32,000 nt of DNA, taken from contig CAZETV010000001.1 in the NCBI GenBank assembly GCA_964514965.1, positions 783,063 through 815,062 on the forward strand. The letters are read 5' to 3'. The notes beneath the pieces are model-generated. The model did not search any database, was not told where the DNA came from, and was given only the letters and a program-made list of their open reading frames with translations. The DNA is from Candidatus Hadarchaeota archaeon (GTDB lineage: Archaea; Hadarchaeota; Hadarchaeia; Hadarchaeales; Hadarchaeaceae). Shown piece by piece: positions 17,771-27,375 of the stretch (position 1 is the stretch's first letter; every line of letters starts with the position of its first letter). The position numbers were made by a program, and so were the translations under genes.

Positions 17771-19777
17771 TTGGAGGCTAAGGGTAAGGAAAAGTTGGAG
17801 GAGTTCCTGCACCGAAGAGAGGTTCTCAAGGAGTTGCGCAGGAGAACGGCAGCCGGGCAAAAATCGCTCGTGATTGTTTTCGAACAGATATTGGAGTTTG
17901 ACATGGAGCTTGCTAGAATGATTTTGGATTCTCCATCTGATTTTTTTGATGTTGCTGCTGCTGCTTTAGAGGGAATAACAAAGGTTCCCGGAATGCGCTT
18001 GCGCGTGATGGGACTTGATAAGTCAACAGAAATTCGCAAAATTCGTGCTGGGCATGTAGGCAAATTCATCCAAGTTGAGGGGATTCTGACAAGGGCTGGC
18101 GAGGTAAAGCCGGAGGCGACGGAGGCGGTATTTAAATGCAGACGTTGCGGAGAAGAGAACAAAATACTTCAGGTCGGTGAACTCTTCAGGGAGCCCCTCA
18201 TTTGTGAAAACCCAAACTGCGGTAGGAAGGGCCCGTTCGATCTTTTGATTGAAGATACAGTCTTTCGTGACTGGCAGAGCATGTGTTTGCAGGAGCCTCC
18301 TGAGAAGCTGCGTGGCGGGCGGATGCCTCGAAGGTTGGACGGCATAGTCAGGGACGATTTTGTCGATAAAGCGGTGCCGGGGAACCATGTGGTGATTACG
18401 GGTGTGTTGCGTGTCTTTCAGGAGGGCAGGCGCCATGAGCGAAAGAAGACGTTTCGTAAGATATTATTCGTCAGCCACATCGATGTACTGCAGAAGGGTA
18501 TCGAAGAGGCCGAGCTGACTCCAGAGGACAAGGCCAAAATTAAGGAGCTCGCGAAGGATCCTTGGGTCAGAAACAAAATCATTCAGTCAATTGCTCCGAG
18601 CATTTATGGAGATGAAGCAATCAAAGAGGCGATTGCGCTGCAGCTATTCGGTTGCGAGGCAATAAATTTGCTAGACGGAACGAGAATTCGAGGCGATACC
18701 CACATTCTCTTGACTGGAGATCCCGGAGTGGCTAAGTCTCAGCTGCTCAAGTGGGCCGCGAACGTCGCCCCGCGTGGTCTCTATACTTCTGGCATGAAAG
18801 CGACGGGCGCCGGGCTTACAGCGGCTGCGGTTCGCGATGAAATCGGTGGCGGCTGGGCCCTCGAGGCAGGCGCACTTGTGATTGCGGATGGTGGGTTAGC
18901 GAGCATTGATGAATTTGAGAAAATGAGGGCGGAGGACTCGAACGCGATTCTAGAATCACTTGAGCAGCAGACGATTAGTGTAGCCAAGGCGGGAATCGTC
19001 GCAACGCTCAACACTCGTACCGCTGTGCTAGCAGCGGCCAACCCAAAACTAGGCAGGTTTGAGAAGAATCTCACTATTGCGCAGCAGGTTCCCCTAGACC
19101 CCGTGATTCTCTCCAGGTTCGACTTGGTATTCATTATGCGCGACGAACCACGTGCCGATCAAGATAGGACGATAGCTCACCACATCTTGGAAATGCACAG
19201 CTTCCGTAAGAAAACTATTAAGCCACCCATTAGCTTGGATTTCTTGCGCAAAATTATCATCTACGCACGCCAGAACTTAGACCCGAAACTCGACAACAAA
19301 GATGTTATGAAGACGATCGAGGATTTCTTCGTTGATTGGAGGAGAGTAGCCGAGCGAGGAGAGGCACCGCTCCCGATCACTGTGAGGCAGCTCGAGGCTA
19401 TTGTACGGTTGGCGAAGGCAAACGCCCGAATGAGATTAAGCGATCGTGTGACCATTGAAGATGCAAATCGTGCGATAATGCTCATCAAACGCTCCTTGCA
19501 GGAGGCGGGGGTCGACACCGAAACTGGAAAGCTGGATATAGACGTGCTCATGACAGGCAAGGCGAAATCCCAGCGAGATAACATTCGCCGTGTGCTGGAT
19601 ATTATCAAGGATCTTGAGGGACAGTACGGCGGGGCGGCACCGGTCGAGGAAATAAAGCGCATCGCCGAGTCCGAAGGGATCAAACAGTCATTTGTGGAAG
19701 AGCTGATTGAGCAAGAGAAAATGAGAGGGCACCTGTACGAGCCGAAGCAGGGCATGGTCACACGAGCGGTGAAGTAA
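17771..19777 (+). CDS. mcm: Replicative helicase MCM
   Basis: Zinc motif CRRCG...CENPNCG; Walker A GDPGVAKSQLLKW; Walker B IDEFEKM; VLAAANPKLGRF; SRFDLVFIMRDEP. TTG start preceded by GAGGTGG. Confidence 0.96.
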   Translation: MEAKGKEKLEEFLHRREVLKELRRRTAAGQKSLVIVFEQILEFDMELARMILDSPSDFFDVAAAALEGITKVPGMRLRVMGLDKSTEIRKIRAGHVGKFIQVEGILTRAGEVKPEATEAVFKCRRCGEENKILQVGELFREPLICENPNCGRKGPFDLLIEDTVFRDWQSMCLQEPPEKLRGGRMPRRLDGIVRDDFVDKAVPGNHVVITGVLRVFQEGRRHERKKTFRKILFVSHIDVLQKGIEEAELTPEDKAKIKELAKDPWVRNKIIQSIAPSIYGDEAIKEAIALQLFGCEAINLLDGTRIRGDTHILLTGDPGVAKSQLLKWAANVAPRGLYTSGMKATGAGLTAAAVRDEIGGGWALEAGALVIADGGLASIDEFEKMRAEDSNAILESLEQQTISVAKAGIVATLNTRTAVLAAANPKLGRFEKNLTIAQQVPLDPVILSRFDLVFIMRDEPRADQDRTIAHHILEMHSFRKKTIKPPISLDFLRKIIIYARQNLDPKLDNKDVMKTIEDFFVDWRRVAERGEAPLPITVRQLEAIVRLAKANARMRLSDRVTIEDANRAIMLIKRSLQEAGVDTETGKLDIDVLMTGKAKSQRDNIRRVLDIIKDLEGQYGGAAPVEEIKRIAESEGIKQSFVEELIEQEKMRGHLYEPKQGMVTRAVK

Positions 19778-20377
19778 ATGAGGCGCGTTCGAGTTCTTAG
19801 GGATTTATCAGAGATAAAGTTGGTGGGCAAGCCGCTGGGCCCGCTGGCGGATGGGGAGGAAACACAGCTCGAGGCATGGGAAGCCGCAGTCCTTGAGCGT
19901 CACGGGATTGTGGAGTGCTTCCAGAAACTCACATCAACGGAACTCCGAAAGCTCCTCTTAGCGGAGGAGCGTGAATCTGGGCTTACGCCCATTCCAATTG
20001 ATTTCTATTCATCGGTTGCTCAAAAGATAGAGTTTGCGCGGGCGGCCGGGCAGCACGAGGAAGCCGAGGAGATTCAGACTCAGGTCTTAAGTCTGATGGA
20101 AATTAGAGTCCCAAAGTTAGTTCGTTTGGCGATTTCTCCAGAGAGCGTTGGCTCCCTGCCGCCGCAAGAACTATTCCTGATCAATCGCTTAGCCGTGGTA
20201 CTCGACAGCTGGAGCGAGCGGTTGAGAGAATCATTTGAGAAGGTAGGAGAGGAGGTAGGTAGAAATGAGAAGAACGGAAGGTCTGTTCGACATGCTGTTG
20301 GAGACGAGACCGATATTCAAAAACCGAGAGTACCTGCGGCCGAGTTACACGCCCGAGGAACTACCGCACCGGGATGA
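19778..20377 (+). CDS. GINS complex subunit-like protein
   Basis: LTPIPIDFYSSVAQKI (A-domain hallmark) plus N-terminal VRVLRDLSEIKLVGKPLGPLADGEETQLEAWEAAVLERHGIVE (B-domain-like); directly downstream of mcm. Confidence 0.75.
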   Translation: MRRVRVLRDLSEIKLVGKPLGPLADGEETQLEAWEAAVLERHGIVECFQKLTSTELRKLLLAEERESGLTPIPIDFYSSVAQKIEFARAAGQHEEAEEIQTQVLSLMEIRVPKLVRLAISPESVGSLPPQELFLINRLAVVLDSWSERLRESFEKVGEEVGRNEKNGRSVRHAVGDETDIQKPRVPAAELHARGTTAPG

Positions 20378-21545
20378 GCAAATTCATCAGCTCGCGCGGA
20401 TACTTGTGGCTCCCCTGCGCGGGGAAACGCCATCGAATCTGTTCATCTACGGCAAGACGGGAACCGGGAAGACTGCTTGTGTAAAACATGTGATGAATGA
20501 GCTGAAGCGCGTGAGTGATCGTGCGCCTCGGATGATTGAGCCGGTTTATCTGAACTGCGAGATTGTCAACACTCAATACAGAATTCTCGCGACGCTTGCG
20601 AATATCTTCTTGGATAAGCTCAGGGAGCGCTATGGTAGGGAATATGTAAAGTCTCTAGGGTTTCCCGAAAGCGTCCCGATGACTGGCTGGCCAACTGACG
20701 AGGTCTACAGATGTTTTTTCAGGGCACTCGATCACGACCCACAACTCGCGGTAATTGTGCTCGACGAAATAGACAGGCTTGTGCTGAAGAGCGGAGATGA
20801 AGTCCTCTACAATTTGACCCGTATGAATTCCGACTTGGTGAAGGCAAAGGTTAGCATCGTGGGTATTTCCAACGATTTGAACTTCGTTGGCTACTTGGAT
20901 CCCCGCGTTCGGAGCAGCCTTAGCGAGGAGGAAATAGTTTTCCCTCCGTACAATGGACTTCAACTCAAAGAAATATTGGAAAGACGGGCGACAATGAGTT
21001 TTGCTGATGATGTGCTGGGTGAAGGTGTGATTTCGCTATGCGCAGCGCATGCAGCTCGCGAACATGGTGACGCCAGACGAGCCTTGGACTTGCTTCGTAC
21101 AGCGGGAGAACTGGCCGAGCGTGAGAGTTTGGAGCTGGTCACTGTTGCCCATGTAAGGCGAGCCTTCGAAAAGATGGAGCAGGACAAAATGGTAGAAGTC
21201 GTCCGGACACTGCCATCGCAGTCGAAACTGGTACTTTTCAGCGTCGTTTTATTAACCGAGAAAAACTCGCAAAAAATAGTGACGGGCGATGTGTACGCGG
21301 TATATCGAAAACTTTGCATACAAGGCGGTCTGGATGTGCTGACGCAGCGCCGCGTCAGCGATTTGATTTCTGAGCTAGACATGCTGGGGATAGTCAACGC
21401 GCAGATTATCAGCAACGGTCGCTACGGACGTACCAAGGAAATAAATTTGAGCATTCCGCCGATTCAAGCCAGGGCAGCAGTTCAGGAGGAACATCCCCTA
21501 GGTATTGAAACGTTTACCATCCCGCGGCAACTGACGCTCGTATAG
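20265..21545 (+). CDS. cdc6: Orc1/Cdc6 replication initiator
   Basis: PSYTPEELPHRDEQIHQLARIL, Walker A GKTGTGKTACVKHV, Walker B VIVLDEIDRL, WH C-terminus. Confidence 0.95.
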   Translation: MRRTEGLFDMLLETRPIFKNREYLRPSYTPEELPHRDEQIHQLARILVAPLRGETPSNLFIYGKTGTGKTACVKHVMNELKRVSDRAPRMIEPVYLNCEIVNTQYRILATLANIFLDKLRERYGREYVKSLGFPESVPMTGWPTDEVYRCFFRALDHDPQLAVIVLDEIDRLVLKSGDEVLYNLTRMNSDLVKAKVSIVGISNDLNFVGYLDPRVRSSLSEEEIVFPPYNGLQLKEILERRATMSFADDVLGEGVISLCAAHAAREHGDARRALDLLRTAGELAERESLELVTVAHVRRAFEKMEQDKMVEVVRTLPSQSKLVLFSVVLLTEKNSQKIVTGDVYAVYRKLCIQGGLDVLTQRRVSDLISELDMLGIVNAQIISNGRYGRTKEINLSIPPIQARAAVQEEHPLGIETFTIPRQLTLV

Positions 21546-21553
21546 TGGGTTTT

Positions 21554-23122
21554 ATGGACGATTTTTTGTTGGTCCGCAAGTTCATGGATGCGGATATGCA
21601 GCTGACGCCGGATGCGCTCGAAGTTCTGCGCGGGCGGAAAGACGCTGAGGCCGCTGCTGAGCGAGTGTTAGTTAATCTTAGAGAGAGGGGGGGGAGACCC
21701 TTTCTGATAACGGCTGACCTTATCGCAAAAATTTTGGAAGGGAGCATTGAAACAGGTGACACATCTACAGTTCCACTGCCTAGACCGAGCATATCTGAAG
21801 AGGAAGAGGCGCCCAAAGCCAGAGAATTAGAAAAATTGCCTGAGGGCACCCGCACAAAAGTTAAAAAGGCCAGTGAAGTCGAACCCCGCATCGAGGTGAT
21901 TAAAGATATTACTGGACGGAGCTACACGGAAGGAAAACTAAATGATTTTGTGAGCGTGTTCAGGGATCGGTATGAACGTTTGAGCCGCATCCTCCGAAAG
22001 CGCGTCGATCTTCACGACGCGGTACCGATCAGTGGCCTGAAAAATTTCGAGAGTAGGGAAGCGGTAAAGGTGATTGGGATGGTCTCTGAAAAACGGGAGA
22101 CCTCAGGGGGCCATCTAGTTTTAGAGATAGAGGATTTAAACGGTCGAGCTTCGGCGTGGGTCTTCAAGGGGCGGAGTGAGCTCATGCGGAAGGCGACAGA
22201 GGTGGTGGTGGATGAGGTAGTTGGGGTTGTGGGGAATGTGAGGAGTGGAGACCGCGCTCCGCGATTATTCGTCAGAGATATCATCTGGCCTGACCTACCT
22301 GTCACGCACGAACTCTCTCGTGCTGAGGATCCTGTTTGCGCGGCGCTAATATCGGACCTGCATATCGGAAGTGAAATGTTCCTCGAAGATGTATTCATGA
22401 AGTTTGTGAATTGGTTGCGAGGTGAAACTGGCAACGCCCAACAGCAGGAGCTAGCTAGCAGAGTGAAGTATCTGGTTGTTGCAGGTGACATAGTTGATGG
22501 GGTTGGAGTTTATCCCCAGCAGGAGGAGGAGTTGCTTATCGATGATATTGTCAAGCAGTATGATGCTGCAGCTAAGCTCCTTGCTCAAGTTCCCGAGCAC
22601 ATCACTATCATCATAGCTCCGGGGAACCATGATGCCGTGCGCCCCTCCGAACCTCAGCCAGCGATTCCAAAAGATATCGCTGGAGGGCTCTATGATTTGA
22701 ACTCGGTTATGGTCGGGAATCCGGCGTGGGTGTCGCTACATAGTGTTAATTTTCTAATCTATCACGGCAGAAGCTTCGACGACTTAATAGCGACGATGCC
22801 TGGATTGAATCGGCTGAAATCCACGCCTTCCATGGTTAAACTTTTGCAAAAGCGGCATCTTGCTCCGGTTTATGGAGGACGCACGGCTATATCCCCAGAA
22901 CAGCAAGATTACCTCGTGATAGAAAAAGTGCCCGATGTTTTTCACTGTGGTCATATGCACGTTTACGGGTACGAGCGGTATCGCAATGTGGAAGTGGTTA
23001 ACTCGGGAACTTTCCAAGAAACGACTATCTTCATGCGGCGGCTCGGGGTAAAGCCTACTCCTGGAATCGTGCCTGTCCTTGATTTACAAACCCGCAAAGT
23101 CAGGGTGATTCATTTTGTGTGA
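21554..23122 (+). CDS. polB: DNA polymerase D small subunit (DP1)
   Basis: OB fold plus calcineurin-like phosphoesterase motifs: ALISDLHIGSEMF, LVVAGDIVDGVGVYPQQEEEL, APGNHDAVR, FHCGHMHVYGY. Track start GTG 21545; ATG 21554 is an alternative. Confidence 0.95.
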   Translation: MDDFLLVRKFMDADMQLTPDALEVLRGRKDAEAAAERVLVNLRERGGRPFLITADLIAKILEGSIETGDTSTVPLPRPSISEEEEAPKARELEKLPEGTRTKVKKASEVEPRIEVIKDITGRSYTEGKLNDFVSVFRDRYERLSRILRKRVDLHDAVPISGLKNFESREAVKVIGMVSEKRETSGGHLVLEIEDLNGRASAWVFKGRSELMRKATEVVVDEVVGVVGNVRSGDRAPRLFVRDIIWPDLPVTHELSRAEDPVCAALISDLHIGSEMFLEDVFMKFVNWLRGETGNAQQQELASRVKYLVVAGDIVDGVGVYPQQEEELLIDDIVKQYDAAAKLLAQVPEHITIIIAPGNHDAVRPSEPQPAIPKDIAGGLYDLNSVMVGNPAWVSLHSVNFLIYHGRSFDDLIATMPGLNRLKSTPSMVKLLQKRHLAPVYGGRTAISPEQQDYLVIEKVPDVFHCGHMHVYGYERYRNVEVVNSGTFQETTIFMRRLGVKPTPGIVPVLDLQTRKVRVIHFV

Positions 23123-23927
23123 GTTCCCTCAAGTGGTCGATAGAATTTCGGTCTTTATCTTAGACATGGATGGCGTGCTTTATCTCGGTAAGACGCCAAT
23201 CAAGGGGGCAGCGGAGGCAGTTAGATGGCTTCGAAAGAGGGGCAAAAAGATAGTTTTCTCCACGAATAGTTCGACTAAAACCCGCAGAGCTCAAGCACGA
23301 AAGTTGGCGCGCATGGGGATAGCAGCGCGTGAGTCAGAAATAATAACATCCGGATTTGTGGCAGCACTTTATCTCAGAAAACGCTCACCACGGGCCAAAG
23401 TTTACGTCGTCGGTGAGAAGGGGCTAAGGTTAGAGCTCAAGCGGGCGGGTCTGAGGCTCGTACCGTACGAGAAGGCCGATGAGGCGACTCACGTGGTGGT
23501 AGGCATGGATCGCACGGTGAGCAATAAGAAGCTGACTGGAGCTCTGCGTGCTCTCCTAGCGGGGGCCAAATTCATTGCGGCGAATCCGGATGCAACTTAT
23601 CCGACCGAGGATGGGCTCTCTCCGGGAGCTGGGGCGATGGTCGGTGCACTCGAAGGCTGCTCGGGCAAAAAGCCGAGCGTTGTGTTGGGCAAACCATCAC
23701 CGCGAATGATAAAAATTGCGCTCGGAATCCTCCATTCAAAACCAAGTGAAGCGGCAATAGTCGGGGATCGCCTCGATACGGATATACCAGCTGGCAAGCG
23801 TGCAGGAGTAACGACTATTCTCGTGCTCAGCGGCGTGAGCAAGAGGCGAGATATCGTGAAAGCCAGAAGGATGAAAATTGGCCCTGATTTTGTTATTGAT
23901 AGCATAAAGGATTTGGTGCACAGATGA
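23115..23927 (+). CDS. HAD-superfamily NagD-like phosphatase
   Basis: FILDMDGVLYLGKTPI, VFSTNSS, VLGKPSPRMI, IVGDRLDTDI; overlaps both polymerase genes slightly. Confidence 0.9.
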   Translation: MCEFPQVVDRISVFILDMDGVLYLGKTPIKGAAEAVRWLRKRGKKIVFSTNSSTKTRRAQARKLARMGIAARESEIITSGFVAALYLRKRSPRAKVYVVGEKGLRLELKRAGLRLVPYEKADEATHVVVGMDRTVSNKKLTGALRALLAGAKFIAANPDATYPTEDGLSPGAGAMVGALEGCSGKKPSVVLGKPSPRMIKIALGILHSKPSEAAIVGDRLDTDIPAGKRAGVTTILVLSGVSKRRDIVKARRMKIGPDFVIDSIKDLVHR

Positions 23928-26900
23928 TAGTCGCCAACCAAGAGATGAAAGGTTACTTCGAGAAACTCGAGCGGCAAATTAGCGAAATTTACGAGATAGC
24001 CAAAAAAGCCCGATCTTTAGGTCACGACCCAGAGCTGGAGCCGGAGATCCCCCAGGCTGAAGACCTCGCCGCGAGAGTCGAGAAGCTTGTTGGACCCCCA
24101 GGAGTGGCAGAGGTGATACGCGGACTGGAGAAAGAGATGCCGCGCGAAGAGCTGTCGCTGAAGATAGCTGAGATGATTGTTGACGGTCATTTTGGGAGGT
24201 TTCAGGAGCAGCAAGCGGCCGAGCAGGCAGTCCGGGCGGCGCTCGCGATAATTACTGAGGGCATCGCTGCGGCAGCGCCGCTAGAGGGAATAACTCATGT
24301 CGAGATAAGGAAAAATTTTGATGGTTCGCGTTATCTCGCGCTTTACTTCGCCGGCCCGATTAGGTCAGCGGGGGGTACTGCAGCAGCGCTCGCCGTCCTC
24401 ACTGGGGACTTCGTGCGGCGGAAGTTGTACTTGGATCCATACAAACCCACCGATAACGAAATTGAAAGGTTTGTGGAGGAGGTGGACTTATACGCAACGG
24501 ATGTCGCTCATCTTCAATATACCCCGCCATCAGCTGACGACATACGCGCCGCCGTGCGCAATATTTCCGTGGAGATAACGGGCGAACCGACTGAACGGGA
24601 TGTCTCAGTTACCGCCTACCGCAACCTTGAGCGGATAGGGCACAACCTCGTCCGAGGAGGAGCGATTTTGGCCTTGGTGGAGGGGGTTCTGCAGAAGGCG
24701 CCGAAGATAATGAAGCACGTGAGCAAGCTGAACATCGACGGCTGGGAATGGCTCTCCGAGTCAATTGCCAAATCGCAGGCAAAAGAGGAGGAGGCGTCGA
24801 CTTACCCCAAAGGGGACAAGTATTTGGATGAGATAATCGCCGGCAGGCCTGTTTTTTCCTACCCGAGTCGAGAAGGAGGATTTAGGCTTCGCTATGGGCA
24901 TGCTAGAAATACGGGCATAGCTGCGGTCGGAATTCACCCCGCGGCGATGACTGTATGTGATGATTTCATAGCAGTTGGAACCCAGCTCAAGATGGAGCGT
25001 CCAGGCAAAGGCGGCGCTGTAGTGCCCGTGGACTCAATCGAAGGGCCGGTTGTCAAGATCGACGACGGTTCAGTGATTCAGGTAAATTCGGTCGAACAAG
25101 CGCTTGAGTTAAATAATCGGGTTAGCGAAATCTTGTCGCTTGGAGACATCCTGATTGGTTTTGGTGAGTTTCTTGAGAACAACCATCCGCTCATGCCAGC
25201 TGGCTGGAGCGAGGATTGGTGGGCCCGAGAGGTCGAGAAAGAGCTTGTGGGGAAGAAATTAGACATGGAATTATCCCCTTACCTTTCACCCCCCTACTTA
25301 AAGCCCAGCCCGTCACTAGCGGTAGAACTATCAGAGGAAATTGGGGTCCCGCTCCATCCCGCGCACACATACCTTTTTCACGATATCGGCATCGAGGAGA
25401 TTCGGGAGCTGGGTAGTTGGCTAGCGGGGGGGGATCCGGATTTCGAGGATGGCAAACTCAAAGGGCTTAGTTTGGGTCTGAACCAAACACCCAAGCGAGT
25501 GCTCGATGTCATTGGGGTGCCGCATAAGGTCAAGGATGAACATGTCTTGATCGAGGATTGTGCGCTGCCGCTCTGCAAGTGTCTAGGTCTGCTCAACGGG
25601 CAGCGTTTGACCAGCGAGCGCCTCGAAAAAACTTTGCGTGAGAACCCGGCGAAGGATGTGATGGAAATAATTCAAATTCTGGCTGGATTCCCCGTGAGGC
25701 GGAAGGCCCCAACACGCATAGGATGCAGGATGGGTAGGCCGGAGAAAGCAAATCCACGGTTGATGAGGCCCCCGGTGCATGTGCTTTTTCCCGTCAGCTT
25801 GCGCGGCGGGGCGACGCGCAGCGTTATAAAGGCGGCTGAGCGCGGGGAAATTTATGTGGACATGGCCAGGCTGGAGTGCTCGAAGTGCGGTACGATATGT
25901 TTCACACGAAAGTGCTCGAAGTGCGGTACGATCGCAAATTATACGAGGGTTTGTCCACGTTGTAAGCATTCGATGAACGAGGAGCGTTGCTTCGCGTGCA
26001 ACGTCCGCACTGAGTACTTTGACCGACGGAAGGTTGAACTGGGACCGATTTTAAATGAGGCACTGCAGCGATTGCAGGAGGAAGCGCCACCAGAGGTCAA
26101 AGGCGTCAGAGGGATGACGAGCGCTCAAAAAATTCCCGAGCCTATCGAGAAGGGGATACTACGGGCGAAGCACCATGTCTATGTATTCAAGGATGGCACC
26201 GTCAGGTTTGATGCGACCGATGTCCCGCTCACCCACTTCAGGCCGCGGGAGGTGGGCATGTTAGTGGAACGGCTGCGTGAATTAGGTTACGAGCGAGATT
26301 ACAAAGGCGAGCCGTTGGAGCGTGATGATCAACTTGTTGAACTAAAGGTGCAGGACATCGTACTCTCGAACGCTTGCGCCGAGTATCTGCTTCGAGCGTC
26401 GAATTTTGTCGACGACCTTCTTCAAAAGTTCTATGGGTTAAAGCCGTATTACAACGCGAGCAGGCCCTCAGATTTGGCGGGGCATTTAGTCATAGGTCTC
26501 GCGCCACACACCTCGGTGGGTATCGTCGGGCGCATTATCGGTTTCACCGACGCGAATGTGGGGTACGCGCATCCGTTCTTCCACGCGGCGAAACGTCGGG
26601 ACTGTGATGGGGACGAAGATGCGGTCATACTTTTGCTCGATGGATTAATCAACTTCAGCAAACGCTTCCTACCCTCAAAGCGCGGGGGAATGATGGACGC
26701 TCCGCTAATTCTGAACACTCGCATCAACCCTCGCGAGATTGACAAAGAGGCGTATAATATGGATGTTATGGAGCGTTACCCCCTCGAGTTTTATGAGGCT
26801 ACACTCCGTTACGCGAGCCCGAGTGAACTGACGCAGACCATTGAGACAGTCGAGCGAAGGTTAGGGAGCGAGGAGCAGTATTGCGGGTTGAAGTTTTCGT

Positions 26901-27355
26901 TCGACACAAAGGATATCGCGGCCGGTCCTCGCGCGAGCCGCTACAAGACGCTTGAAACTATGGAGGAAAAGACCTCGGCGCAGCTCGGGCTGGCTAGAAA
27001 AATTATGGCGGTGGACGAACGGGATGTCGCCGAGCGGCTGATCGAGCACCACTTCATTCCTGACCTGAAGGGGAACATGCGGGCGTTCGCGAGCCAGCAG
27101 TTCAGGTGCACGAGTTGCAACTCCAAATATCGCCGCGTCCCGCTTAGCGGCCAATGTGCACGATGCGGTGGGAAGCTCATCCTCACCGTCACGCGCGGCG
27201 GAGTCGAGAAGTACTTGCAGGTGGCGATGCAGATAGCGAACGATTACGAGGCGAGCGATTACACAAAGCAGCGCCTAAGGTTGACGCAGCGGGATATAAA
27301 AGCGGTATTCGAGAGCGATGCGCATAGGCAAATGAGTCTTGCTGATTTTCTATAA
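23924..27355 (+). CDS. polC: DNA polymerase D large subunit (DP2), intein-free
   Basis: 1143 aa; YFAGPIRSAGGTAAALAVL, HNTGIAAVGIHPAAM-type region, CDGDEDAVILLLDGLINFSKRFLPSKRGGMMDAPL, C-terminal zinc motif CTSCNSKYRRVPLSGQCARCGG. Confidence 0.97.
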   Translation: MIVANQEMKGYFEKLERQISEIYEIAKKARSLGHDPELEPEIPQAEDLAARVEKLVGPPGVAEVIRGLEKEMPREELSLKIAEMIVDGHFGRFQEQQAAEQAVRAALAIITEGIAAAAPLEGITHVEIRKNFDGSRYLALYFAGPIRSAGGTAAALAVLTGDFVRRKLYLDPYKPTDNEIERFVEEVDLYATDVAHLQYTPPSADDIRAAVRNISVEITGEPTERDVSVTAYRNLERIGHNLVRGGAILALVEGVLQKAPKIMKHVSKLNIDGWEWLSESIAKSQAKEEEASTYPKGDKYLDEIIAGRPVFSYPSREGGFRLRYGHARNTGIAAVGIHPAAMTVCDDFIAVGTQLKMERPGKGGAVVPVDSIEGPVVKIDDGSVIQVNSVEQALELNNRVSEILSLGDILIGFGEFLENNHPLMPAGWSEDWWAREVEKELVGKKLDMELSPYLSPPYLKPSPSLAVELSEEIGVPLHPAHTYLFHDIGIEEIRELGSWLAGGDPDFEDGKLKGLSLGLNQTPKRVLDVIGVPHKVKDEHVLIEDCALPLCKCLGLLNGQRLTSERLEKTLRENPAKDVMEIIQILAGFPVRRKAPTRIGCRMGRPEKANPRLMRPPVHVLFPVSLRGGATRSVIKAAERGEIYVDMARLECSKCGTICFTRKCSKCGTIANYTRVCPRCKHSMNEERCFACNVRTEYFDRRKVELGPILNEALQRLQEEAPPEVKGVRGMTSAQKIPEPIEKGILRAKHHVYVFKDGTVRFDATDVPLTHFRPREVGMLVERLRELGYERDYKGEPLERDDQLVELKVQDIVLSNACAEYLLRASNFVDDLLQKFYGLKPYYNASRPSDLAGHLVIGLAPHTSVGIVGRIIGFTDANVGYAHPFFHAAKRRDCDGDEDAVILLLDGLINFSKRFLPSKRGGMMDAPLILNTRINPREIDKEAYNMDVMERYPLEFYEATLRYASPSELTQTIETVERRLGSEEQYCGLKFSFDTKDIAAGPRASRYKTLETMEEKTSAQLGLARKIMAVDERDVAERLIEHHFIPDLKGNMRAFASQQFRCTSCNSKYRRVPLSGQCARCGGKLILTVTRGGVEKYLQVAMQIANDYEASDYTKQRLRLTQRDIKAVFESDAHRQMSLADFL
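25875..25932 (+). repeat. Two exact 22-bp copies (AGTGCTCGAAGTGCGGTACGAT) 36 bp apart inside polC zinc-ribbon region
   Basis: Copies at 25875-25896 and 25911-25932, in frame (12 codons), encoding CSKCGTI twice. Confidence 0.85.
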
Positions 27356-27375
27356 CTAGCCGGTGAGGGAGTCAT

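Noticed and set aside
18660-19140. Possible intein or inserted element in mcm
   Set aside because: Walker A, Walker B and arginine-finger regions are contiguous with normal spacing.
25900-26760. Possible intein in polC
   Set aside because: The CDGDEDA active-site region and flanks read straight through without an insertion; total length of 1143 aa is as expected for an intein-free DP2.
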